Positions 17,936 to 28,000 of a DNA stretch of 64,000 nucleotides are shown in pieces. The first letter of the stretch is position 1. Every line of letters begins with the position of its first letter. The notes under the pieces are model-generated. The model was given only the letters and a program-made list of their open reading frames with translations, ran no database searches and had not been told where the DNA came from. A program made the translations under genes and the position numbers. Origin of the DNA: an uncultured Gemmatimonadaceae bacterium (GTDB taxonomy: Bacteria; Gemmatimonadota; Gemmatimonadetes; Gemmatimonadales; Gemmatimonadaceae); NCBI GenBank assembly GCA_963761305.1, contig CAVXGK010000002.1, forward strand, positions 1,568,001 to 1,632,000. Reading direction: 5' to 3'.

Positions 17936-20329
17936 TCAGAACGTCGCTTTGAGCTTGAGCTGGAGGCTGCGCGGCCGGCCGACCGACGGTCCGCTGAAGA
18001 AGGCGCCTTTCAGCAAGTACGTCTTGTTGAAGAGGTTCTCGACGTACAGCTGCGGCGTCATCACCGAGCCGTGCACGACGAACGAGTATCCTCCCGCCGC
18101 GTTGAAAATCGTGTTCGGCGAGACGTGAATGCCGCTGTTGAAATCGAATAGCCCGGTGCCGAACGAGCAGTGGCAGTCCGCGGGATCGACGCCGTTGGTG
18201 AGGCCCGAGCCGTAGATGATCATCCCGCTCAGGAACAAGCGCTTCGGCGAATACGTGCCGCTGGCGACGATCGATACCCGTTGGTCGTGATCGAGGTCGA
18301 ATGCGCCCGTCGGCGGCTGCGTCGGAAAGAAACCGCCGGTGATCGCCCCGAAGCCGTAGGCGTGGTTCAGCGCCGCGTTGACGTAGCTTGAGAAGGAGCC
18401 CTTGGGGTTCAGCTCGAGCACGGCCTCGATGCCGGTGATACGAATGTGCGCGATGTTCACATCGGTCACGATCGCCGAGCCGGGGATCGTGTTGTCGTCG
18501 ATGCCTGGATTGCTGTCCTTGTGGTACGCGGCGAGTTTCGCAACGACGCCTGCGTCGCGGGAATCGTTGGACGACGCCCGCCTCGTAGAAGTTGTCGCGT
18601 TCGGGCACCGTCGGTTGAGCGGCTTCGCCGCCCTGCGCGACGCTCGTAATCGTGCGCAGGTCCTCGATGTTCGTGGGCATGAACAGACGGCCGTAGTACA
18701 GATACGCCGTCGTCAACGCCGACGGATAGAAGTTGAGCCTGATACGTGGGCTCAACTGGCTCTCCACCGGCGTGTCGGGAGCCGCGTGCGTATCGTACCG
18801 CAGGCCGACTCGTAGCTCGATGTCGCTCGATGGGAGAGTACACCGTCTGGCCGTAGAAGCCGACGTCATACCCGTTCAGATCGACGTTGGACTGGGGGCC
18901 GAGCGAGACGGCGTTGAACGCCGAGAAATCTTCGTGCCCGGTCGTCACCGACGAGAGCGTGCCGATCTTGAACTCCGTCTCGCGTTCCGGGCGGAACGCG
19001 TAGTCGACCTTCAGGCCGTAGATGTTGGCGCTGCGATTCTCAGAGAGGTTGAAGAGCGTCGTATCCGGGAAAAACTGGAACGCCGGGTCGTCGTTGGGAT
19101 CGGGGTCGAATCGCAGCGACGCGCGCCGGTAGAAGAGGGCGCCGAACACGTCACTGCGCGCTCGTCCAGCCGAGTCGATGTCGCCGATCTGGCGGTGCCA
19201 CCCGAGGTTCAGAAAGCTGTTGGCGTCGTTCTGATGATCGTTCTGGAAAGCGCCGCCGGTCGAGTCGAAGGGGACCTCGAACTCGGTCGTCGACAGACTC
19301 CCTTCGAGCGTGAACACTTCGCGTGTGGTACGCGTGTATTGCAGTTTGCCGAAGCCGTAGAGGTCGGTGCCGGAGTTGTGAAAGTTGCTGATCAACCCGG
19401 TGCGCGGGTCGATGACGACCGGCTCGAGCCGCATGTCGCTGAACTGACGCGTGCCGGAGAGGAAGAATCCCCACGGCCCGCGGTTGTCGCTGACAGTCGC
19501 CGACTGGCCGTTCGATCCGGTCGGCCCAGCCACGCTCGATCCCGTGTACCCGCCGCCGTACGCGCTCGCGTCGCCTTGAAACCCGCCTGTCGGGATCTTG
19601 GTCGTGATGTTCACGACGGCGGCGATGCGCCCGCCGTATTCGGCGTCCCATCCGCCGGTCTGAAAGGTGATGTGGTCCACGACGTCCGGGTCGAACAGCT
19701 CGTTCAGCGACCCGGAGATGCCGGCAGGCACCGGCACGCCATCCACGTAGAACGTGTACTCGGCGTGCTGTCCGCGGATGTGTACCTCGCCCGTGGGCGC
19801 GCGGGCGGCACCCGCGATCGAGACCTGAATGATCTGCGACGTCGTCGCCGCCGGCGCGCTGTGAAACGTGTTCTGCCGGAAGATCTGGTCGCCGGTTCTC
19901 GAATCCAACGTCACGATGGGCGCATGTCGTGATCTGCATGGCCTGGAGATTCAGTCCGATCCGGGACAGCGCGACGTTGAGCACCTGCGCGGCGGTGACG
20001 GCGGACGCAATGATGAATGGCATCCTCTCGGCGCGGAATCCGATCATGCGGACGCTGAGCGAGTAGGGACCCGGCGCGAGGTTGTGAACGGTGAAGGCGC
20101 CGAACGTACTCGTCGTCGTCGTCGCGACGACGGCGCCGATGTAATTCGCGACGCTCACCTGCGCCCCGGAAACGGGTTGCCCTGTCGCGCTGTCGGTGAC
20201 GACGCCCGTCACGTCGGCGTTGGCCCATTCGCGCGCGGAGTTTGAGTAGCGAGCTGCGTGTGCGCTCTGGCAAGGAATCACGAGCACGCCCACGGCGAAC
20301 AATCGGCACCACAGTCCCAGCCCCGACAT
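17936..20329 (-). pseudogene. TonB-dependent receptor (paralogue 2), three frameshifts
   Basis: Four ORF fragments (19151-20329, 18466-19914, 17862-18869, 17936-18469) are collinear with TBDR1; shifts near 19920, 18830 and 18560. Confidence 0.88.
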
Positions 20330-20401
20330 CGAAAACTCCGCAAAGGCCGAACGGAGCGGCTCGCCGGCGTCGATTCGCCCGTTGGCTGCCCTCGGCGGAG
20401 A

Positions 20402-20511
20402 AGGCTACCGATTCATTCCGGGGCGTCGCGTTGGATTCAACGTGCGGGAACGGACATCTCATGACCGGCCATTCCGCGCGAATGAACGGTCCAATGGTAG
20501 AGCTGAGCGGC
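20402..20511 (-). promoter_or_regulatory. LytTR-type repeats plus -10 of TBDR2
   Basis: Minus strand GCCGCTCAGC (20511), ACCGTTCATT (20490), GCCGGTCATG (20469), CCCGCACGTT (20448), 21-bp period; TAGCCT at 20407-20402. Confidence 0.65.
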
Positions 20512-20551
20512 AAACTCGAGGGTGAACGCGAACCCAACGCGCGCCTCGCGG

Positions 20552-20578
20552 GCTGCTGCAATGAAATGTTGCAGCAGC
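20552..20578. promoter_or_regulatory. Perfect palindrome, candidate metalloregulator operator
   Basis: GCTGCTGCAA-TGAAATG-TTGCAGCAGC (10-7-10). Confidence 0.5.
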
Positions 20579-20637
20579 GAACGCGAATGAGACTCCCAAC
20601 CTTGACGCGGCGCTGACGGGGCGAAGCTTCCATGTCG

Positions 20638-21285
20638 CAGCGACCATGGACCACTCGGCGTCGACCAGCGGACAGCCGACTCCGACCATGCGACCACCGC
20701 ACCCCGAACAGGAGACGGGCGATGCCGACCGAAGTGCGCGCCGATGTCGAACAGCGGCCACGCGACTTGGCGCTGTTGCCAGTCGGGTTCGAACGTCGGC
20801 GAGGAGAGCGGTCGGTCTTGTCGGTCGACCGCGACCGAGGATCCAGTCGACGTCGAACACCCGTCAGACCAGCCCGAACAGCGGCCACCTCACTCGACCG
20901 ACGCTTTCATCTCGCTCCGAACATCGGCCAGCCGAGCGGCGCATGGATCCAGCTCACTCCGACCATCGGCCAGGCGACCGGTCAGGTGGTTCCATGTCAC
21001 TCCGATCACCCGACCGGTGAGCGGTCGCGTGGATCCAGATCACTCCGACCGTCGGCCAGGCGAGCGGTCGGGTGGATCCATGCTGTTCCGACCATCGGCA
21101 AGGCGAGCGGTCGGCGGATACAGCCTACTCCGAACGTCGGCCAGGCAACTGCGAACGTTGCGCGCCCTGCTGAACCAAGGTTCCACGCCACTCCGAACGC
21201 CGATCGCATCACCGCCACCACGGATCACCGCACTCCGAACGCCGCCCGGCGAACGAACCACATCTCCCACCTCACTCGGCTGAGG
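20638..21285 (+). repeat. Degenerate tandem array, 42-43 bp unit with 21-bp sub-period
   Basis: (C/T)TCCGA-type anchor at 20915, 20957, 21000, 21043, 21086, 21128, 21191, 21233 and (degenerate) 21275. Consensus ~CACTCCGACCATCGGCCAGGCGAGCGGTCGGGTGGATCCA. Weaker CGA(A/C)C anchors extend back to ~20638. Confidence 0.85.
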
Positions 21286-21290
21286 CTTCC

Positions 21291-22046
21291 ATGAATCTCA
21301 GACAGGGCCGCACCCTACTGGCGTTCTATGCCGTCGATGTATTCCTCGACGCGTACCAGGCGCGCCTCCCCAAGACGACAGCGAGCGGCGCGCGCAAGCA
21401 ATTCGCCCGCACGCTCGCCGAGCTCGCCCTCCATGTTCAGACCCAGGCCGGCGCGCCGATCACGGCGCAGGGGCTCACCGCCGCGAAGGCGAAACAGCGC
21501 GCGGCGCTGGTTCGGGATTACCTGGCGCCGATCGCAAAAATCGCCAAACTCGAATCGGAAGCGCACCCGCCGCTCAAAGCACTCAAGCGCCTGCGCGGCG
21601 AACCGGCGTTGCAGAAACTGCTCGCCCACGCGGCCGGCATGGCCGTCATCGCTCAGGATTATCGCGAGGTCTTCGTCGCCGCCGGGATGCGGCCCACCTT
21701 CATCGAGGACATGACCGAGTCGATCGACGCGATCATGAACACCGCCACGGCGCGCACGGAGCGGGTCGGCGCGGGAAGCGGCGCGACCAAGGGACTCGAG
21801 ACAACGCTCGCCAAAGGCATGAAACAGAAACGGGTGCTCGATTCGTTCATTCGAACCGAGCTGAAGGACGATCTCACGCTGTTGGCGGCGTGGCGCACCG
21901 TTCAGCGGGTGGAAGGCCTGCCCGGCCGACGAAAGCGGCAAGATGATCGCAGTGCGTCGAGTGGGCCGCAGACCGCGTTGGCTGCGCCCGGCGATCTCCC
22001 GGTTCGCGAGCCGTCGCGGCTGCTGTCGGCGCCGGGGCAAGTCTGA
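21291..22046 (+). CDS. Hypothetical all-alpha-helical protein
   Basis: 251-aa ORF with amphipathic helical pattern (LVRDYLAPIAKIAK; FVAAGMRPTFIEDM; LLAAWRTVQRV); GAGG upstream; no catalytic motif recognised. Confidence 0.8.
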   Translation: MNLRQGRTLLAFYAVDVFLDAYQARLPKTTASGARKQFARTLAELALHVQTQAGAPITAQGLTAAKAKQRAALVRDYLAPIAKIAKLESEAHPPLKALKRLRGEPALQKLLAHAAGMAVIAQDYREVFVAAGMRPTFIEDMTESIDAIMNTATARTERVGAGSGATKGLETTLAKGMKQKRVLDSFIRTELKDDLTLLAAWRTVQRVEGLPGRRKRQDDRSASSGPQTALAAPGDLPVREPSRLLSAPGQV

Positions 22047-22172
22047 CACTCAATTGGATGCACTGCAACCATATAGGCGGCCTGGGAGTAACAACGAGTG
22101 GACGCCTCCGCCCGTAGACGGTTGTGGCCGTCTAGCGCCTCGACTCGTCAAGGAATAGGCTTCCTCTTCAGA

Positions 22173-22520
22173 ATGACCCCTCCGTACCGACCCAGACGCC
22201 GGCATCCGCTGACGCTGGTCATCGCCTTTTTGGCGTTGATCGCGCAGGTGGCTGTCGCGTTGTCTCCGTTGGCTGAAGGCCGTCGGCCGGGGATGGCGTC
22301 GCACGTCGAGAGCACCGGGGTGAGGCTTCACTATTCGCACGACGAAGCCACGTGCGCCGCGTGTCAGGCCCGTTCGATTCACGGCACGCCGCGAGCCGCC
22401 GACGTCGGGTTTCGTCCGTCGAGCGAGGTCGCGACCGCCGTCTGTACGGCGAGTGTTCGCGTCGCCACGGCCGACCGTTTTTCCCAAGACAACCCCCGCG
22501 CGCCACCCGGATTGATCTGA
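22173..22520 (+). CDS. DUF2946/CzcI-like small exported protein with CxxC and C-terminal RAPP motif
   Basis: Signal/TM segment, HYSHDEATCAACQ, ends NPRAPPGLI; directly upstream of the efflux operon. Confidence 0.75.
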   Translation: MTPPYRPRRRHPLTLVIAFLALIAQVAVALSPLAEGRRPGMASHVESTGVRLHYSHDEATCAACQARSIHGTPRAADVGFRPSSEVATAVCTASVRVATADRFSQDNPRAPPGLI

Positions 22521-22566
22521 GCTCGCAGCAGTAGCAGTACGCCTCAGATCCACAATCCGGGACAAC

Positions 22567-23871
22567 ATGCGCCTTCCATTAGGAGTGTGTGCGCTGGCCG
22601 CAATTGCCAGCGTCACAGCCTCGCGTTGCATCGCACAAGCCGGTGTCACGCGGGGGAACCAAGACCGTTCGACCGACACGCTTCACCTGTCGCGCCTTCA
22701 GGCCATCGCCGCGGCGCTCACGGGCAACGCGCAAATCGACGCTGCCCGCCAGCAAGTCGGCGAGGCGGCCGCGCGCCGAGTCAGCGACATAGCGATCCCT
22801 GATCCGCAGTTCACGGCGGGCTACGATCAGTTGACCAGTCCGTTCGCGTTCAGCGGTGCGCCGTCGCGGCCGGTCGCGCTCAGTCTCACGGTCCCCTTCC
22901 CCGACAAGTTCCGGCTCAACAACAGGATCGGGCGCGCCGACATCGGCAATTCGGAAGCGAACCTGCGGCTGCAGCAGCAGACCATCGCGCTCCAGGCGTC
23001 GGCGACGTACGACTCGCTCCTCGTCGCGCAACTCCACCGGCAGAACCTGCTCGAGGCGCTGCAGCTCTCCCAGGATTTCCTGACGCGCACCAAGGCGCGC
23101 TTCGACGCGGGGACCGCCGCCAAGCTGGACGTGATTCAGGCGCAGGTCACGGTCGCGCAGGCGCAGAATGACCTGATCGGCAACGAGCGCGACCTTCTCG
23201 CCGCTCAGGCGTCGCTCAACCGCACGCTCGGCCGGATCGTCGGCGCGGCGATCATCACCACCGACTCGCTCGAGTTGCCGCCCGCGCTCCCCGACTCGAC
23301 GACGATCGTCCAGACGGCGCTCCAGAATCGCCAAGAGCTCAAGGCCCTCCAGCAACAGCAGCTCGGCCAGTCGGCGACGACGAAGCTCATCAAGGAATTC
23401 TGGATTCCCGACCTCACGTTCGGCGTCGCCAAGGACTACTCGGCCGTGGGGCAGGCGCTGTTCACCACTGGCATCTCCATGCCGCTGCCCGTGTTCTACT
23501 GGCAACATGCGCGCGGCGACATCGCGCTTTCGCAGCACACCGAGAACGAGCTCTCCGCCACGTATCGCGACACTCGCGCGCAGGTGACCCAGGACGTGCG
23601 CACGTCGTACGCCAATGCGAGCACCGCGATGAAACAAGTCACGTTCCTGCGCGACGAGCTGGTGCCCGCCGCGCGCGAAGCATACCGCGTCTCGTCCACG
23701 AGCTACGCCCTCGGCGGCTCGTCGGCGCTCGACGTGATCACCGCACGCACGGCACTCCTGACCGCAGAAGCACAACTCGCCGACGCACTCGCGGCGGCCA
23801 ACACCGCTCGCGCCGATCTCGATCGCGCGCTCGGACTCAGCGTTACCGCCACTGGGGCGACAATCAGATGA
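22567..23871 (+). CDS. TolC/CzcC family outer membrane efflux protein
   Basis: OEP repeats (RFDAGTAAKLDVIQAQV; YALGGSSALDVITART); ATGA-coupled to the MFP gene. Confidence 0.9.
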   Translation: MRLPLGVCALAAIASVTASRCIAQAGVTRGNQDRSTDTLHLSRLQAIAAALTGNAQIDAARQQVGEAAARRVSDIAIPDPQFTAGYDQLTSPFAFSGAPSRPVALSLTVPFPDKFRLNNRIGRADIGNSEANLRLQQQTIALQASATYDSLLVAQLHRQNLLEALQLSQDFLTRTKARFDAGTAAKLDVIQAQVTVAQAQNDLIGNERDLLAAQASLNRTLGRIVGAAIITTDSLELPPALPDSTTIVQTALQNRQELKALQQQQLGQSATTKLIKEFWIPDLTFGVAKDYSAVGQALFTTGISMPLPVFYWQHARGDIALSQHTENELSATYRDTRAQVTQDVRTSYANASTAMKQVTFLRDELVPAAREAYRVSSTSYALGGSSALDVITARTALLTAEAQLADALAAANTARADLDRALGLSVTATGATIR

Positions 23872-25025
23872 CTACTCGATCTCATCGCGGATCCATCTCC
23901 GCACTCGTGCTCGCCGGCGCTTTCGCCGCGGGCTGCTCCTCTCGCGACGCGTCGGGCACCCAGCTGGGCGACACAACACTCGGCCCCAAGCCGAGCAACC
24001 TGACCGTCACCGCCGACCAACGCCAGCGCATTCACCTGGTGACCGCCAAGACGGTCTCGTTCCGGCCGAACGTCGAAGCCACCGGCACGGTGGCCTTCAA
24101 CGGCGACCACTCGACTCAGGTGTTGTCACCGGTGTCGGGCCCGGCGGTCCGCGTGATCGCCGAGCCGGGACAAGTCGTGGAGAAGGGCGATGCGCTCGCC
24201 GACGTCTCGTCGCCCGACTTCGCGACGGCGGTGGCGACGTATCGCAAGGCGGAAACGGCCGTCCACAACGCCAAGCGCATCTACGTGCAGGACTCGGCGC
24301 TCTTCAAGAACGACGCGCTGGCGCGCACCGATCTCGAACAGGCACAGTCGGACCTCTCGTCGGCCGATGCCGACGTCGGCGCGGCGATCGAAGGTATGCG
24401 GTCGCTCGGCGTTGACGAGGCGCAGATCCAAGCGGTGCGCGACGGCAAGACGACGTCGATTGCGGCCGTCGTGCGCGCTCCGATCTCGGGCACCATTGTC
24501 GAGAAGCTCATCACGCCGGGGCAACTGCTCGCCGCCGGGACGACGCCGACGTACACCATCGCCGATCTCTCCACGGTGTGGGTGCTGGCCAACGTCTACG
24601 CCAACGATCTCGGCGACGTGTCGGTCGGCCAGAACGTCGACGTGATCGCCGACGACGCGGCGCAACCGCTGCCTGGGCGCGTCGACTACATCGCGTCGCT
24701 AGTCGATCCGGGAACGAAGGCCGTGCAGGTTCGCCTCGTCGTGCCGAACCGCCGCCAGGCGCTCCGGCGCGACATGTTCGTGCAGGTCCGGATCAAGTCG
24801 ACCGCCGAACACCGCGGGATCCTCGTCCCTGTGTCGTCGGTCCTGCGCGACGAACAGAACCTGCCGTTCGTGTTCGTCACGGCGCCGGGCGGCACGTTCC
24901 TGCGCCGCAAGATCATACTCGGCCGCCGGGTCGGCGATTCGTACGAGGCCGCGTCGGGGCTCGTCGACGGTGACCAGGTGGTGGCGGAGGGTTCGCTGTT
25001 CCTCGAGTTCGCGGAGACGCAGTGA
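23868..25025 (+). CDS. RND efflux periplasmic adaptor (CzcB-like), lipoprotein
   Basis: Lipobox AAGC; VRAPISGTIVE...G; TIADLSTVWVLANVY; VDPGTKAVQVR. Confidence 0.92.
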   Translation: MTTRSHRGSISALVLAGAFAAGCSSRDASGTQLGDTTLGPKPSNLTVTADQRQRIHLVTAKTVSFRPNVEATGTVAFNGDHSTQVLSPVSGPAVRVIAEPGQVVEKGDALADVSSPDFATAVATYRKAETAVHNAKRIYVQDSALFKNDALARTDLEQAQSDLSSADADVGAAIEGMRSLGVDEAQIQAVRDGKTTSIAAVVRAPISGTIVEKLITPGQLLAAGTTPTYTIADLSTVWVLANVYANDLGDVSVGQNVDVIADDAAQPLPGRVDYIASLVDPGTKAVQVRLVVPNRRQALRRDMFVQVRIKSTAEHRGILVPVSSVLRDEQNLPFVFVTAPGGTFLRRKIILGRRVGDSYEAASGLVDGDQVVAEGSLFLEFAETQ

Positions 25026-28000
25026 GCGACCCGAACCACTCCGCGGCCGAGCACTCGTCGGCCGGCGGCGCCGCGTCGAGACACGGGCCGATCCAACGGC
25101 TGGTCGAGGCGTCGGTCGGGCAGCCGCTCATCATCCTGCTCATCACGCTCGGCATCATTGGGCTCGGTTTTTTCTCATTGAAGCGGCTGCCCGTCGACGC
25201 GTATCCCGACGTCTCGCCGACGGCCGTCGAGTTGACGGCGCAGTGGCCCGGACACGCGACGGAAGAGGTCGAGCGGCTGGTGACGGTGCCGATCGAAACG
25301 GCGTTGAATGGGCTGCCGAATCTCGTCGTGATGCGATCGGTGTCGCTCTACGGATTGTCGAGCGTTCGCGTCACGTTCTCAGAGGGCACGGATCTCTATT
25401 TCGCGCGGCAACAGGTGTTCGAGCGACTCGGCGATGCGGCGGTCCCGGCGGGCGTCAGCCCGGGCATGGAAGCGGCGTCGTCGCCGTCGGGACTCGTCTA
25501 CCGCTACGTCATCAAGAGCAGCGATCGATCGGCGATGGAGCTGCACGTCCTCGAGGACTGGGTGCTCGACAAGGCGTATCGCGCCGTGCCGGGCGTCGCC
25601 GACGTCGCGTCGCTCGGCGGCGAGACGATGCAGTACCAGGTGCTCGTCGATCCGACGAAGCTGGCCGGAGCGGGGCTCGCCGTCAGCGACGTGGCGAACG
25701 CTCTCAGTGCCAACAACAGCAACGCCGGCGGCGGGTTCTATTCGGAAGGGGCGCAGTTCATCTACGTCCGGGGACTGGGACGCGTCGTCACGCTGGAAGA
25801 CATCGGGAACATCGTGATCGCCGTGAAGAACGGCATTCCGATTCTCATCAAGGACGTGGCGAAGGTGGAGATCGGCCACGCGCCGCGGCTCGGCCAGTTC
25901 GGGTTCAACAAGACCGACGACGCGGTGGAAGGCACCATCCTGATGCTCACCGGCGAGCAGGCGCAGGTCGTTCTCAAGCGTGTCGAGGCGAAGACCCAGG
26001 AGCTGAACGATCACGTGCTGCCGAAGGACGTGAAAGTCGTTCCGTTCTATGACCGGAGCGATCTCGTCTCGCTGACGACGCGCACCGTAGCCGACAACCT
26101 GATTCGCGGCATTCTGCTCGTCGTCGTCGTCCTGATCTTCTTCTTGTACGACATCCGGTCGGGGTTGATCGTCGCGGTCACCGTGCCGCTCGCGCTGCTC
26201 ATCGCGTTCATATGTCTCGACCTGCGCAACATTCCGGCGAACTTGCTGTCGATCGGCGCGATCGACTTCGGCATTCTCGTAGACGGCGCGGTCGTGATGG
26301 TGGAGAACGTCTACCGTCAGCTCGCCGAGCGTCACGGCACCGAGTATCGCTTTCGCGATGTGTTGTTCGACGCGGCGTCGGAAGTGAATCGCCCGATCGT
26401 CTACGCGATCGCCGTCATCGTGGCCGGATTCCTTCCGATCTACGCGTTGACGGGACCGTCGGCCAAGCTGTTCCGGCCGATGGCCGACACGACGATCTAC
26501 GCGTTGCTCGGCTCGCTGGTGCTCACGTTGACGGTCATTCCCGTACTCTGTTCCATCGTGCTGCGCCGCGGAGTACGCGAGCGCGTCAATCCGGTGTTCG
26601 AGTGGATCAAGCGCGGGTACGCGCGCGGACTGGATTGGTGCCTCGGGCATCGCGCATCCACCGTGGTCGTGACGCTGGCGCTCTTCGTCGTATCGGCGTT
26701 GATCGCCTACACGCGCGGCGGCGAATTCATGCCCAAGCTCGACGAAGGCGCGATCTGGGTGCGCGCGACGATGCCGTACACGATCTCGTTCGAGGCATCC
26801 TCGGCGATCGTGCCGCAGGTTCGGTCCATTCTGGCGAGCTTCCCGGAAGTCACCGACGTCGCGTCGGAGCACGGGCGCGACGACGGCGGCACCGACCCGA
26901 CCGGATTCTTCAACGCCGAGTTCTACGTCGGACTGAAACCGTATCGGCAGTGGAACGGCGACTTCAAGTCGAAAGACGCGTTGATCGCCGCGATCGACAA
27001 AAAGCTGTCCGTGTTTCCAGGCATCACCTTCAACTACACGCAGCCGGCGGAAGATGCGGTCGATGAGGCCCTCACCGGCTTGAAGTCGTCGCTCGACGTG
27101 AAAGTGTTCGGCACCGACCTCAACATTCTCGAGGACAAGGGCCGGCAAATCAAAAGCATCATCCAGGGGATCCACGGCATCACGGACGTGACGCTGGTGC
27201 AGGAGTTGGGTCAGCCGAGCCTCACCATCACCGTCGACCGCGCGAAGATCGCGCGCTACGGCCTGAGCTCCGACGCGGTGAACGGGCTCATCGAGGCAGC
27301 GGTCGGCGGCGTCGCCACGACGCAGGTCGTCCAGGGCGAGCGCACGTTCGATCTCGTCGTGCGGCTCCAGGAGCAATACCGCGGCACGCCGGAGGAGATC
27401 GGCAACATCCTGCTCGCCACTCCCGACGGCAATCAGATCCCGCTCCGTGAGGTCGCCGACGTGCAGATCGGCAACGGCGCGGCGTTCATCTATCGGCAGG
27501 ACAACTCGCGCTACATCGGCGTGCAGTACTCGGTCGAAGGACGCGATCTCGCCAGCGCCGTCGCCGAGGCGCGCGCCGCGGTCGACAAGAAGGTGAAGCT
27601 GCCGATCGGATACAGCGTCCGGTGGGGCGGCGAGTTCGAGGAGTACACGGCGTCGCGCGCGCAGATGAACGTCGTGCTCCCGGTGACGATCATTCTGATT
27701 TTCTCGCTCCTGTTCTTTCTCTACAAGAATCTGAAGTTTCCGCTCATCACGGTCGTCGGCGTCATTCTCTCGGCGCCGCTCGGCGGATTGGTGGCGATGC
27801 TCATCACGAACACGCCGTTCTCGGTGTCGTCGATGATCGGGTTCCTCGCCCTGTTCGGCGTGTCGGTGCAGACGGCCGTCGTCTACATCTCCTACGCCAA
27901 CGAGCTGCGGCTCGGCGGCCACGGCATCGAGCAGGCGACGCGCGAAGCCGCGCTGTTGCGGTTGCGGCCGATCATGATGACGGCGCTCGTCGCGGCGCTC

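Noticed and set aside
18560..19920. Programmed frameshifting in TBDR2
   Set aside because: Three independent shifts with no slippery heptamers or homopolymer tracts; error or decay is more parsimonious.
20638..21285. CRISPR array or TIGR-type guide array
   Set aside because: No alternation of identical repeats with unique spacers; units are similar along their whole length; no cas or Nop-domain gene is recognisable in the window.
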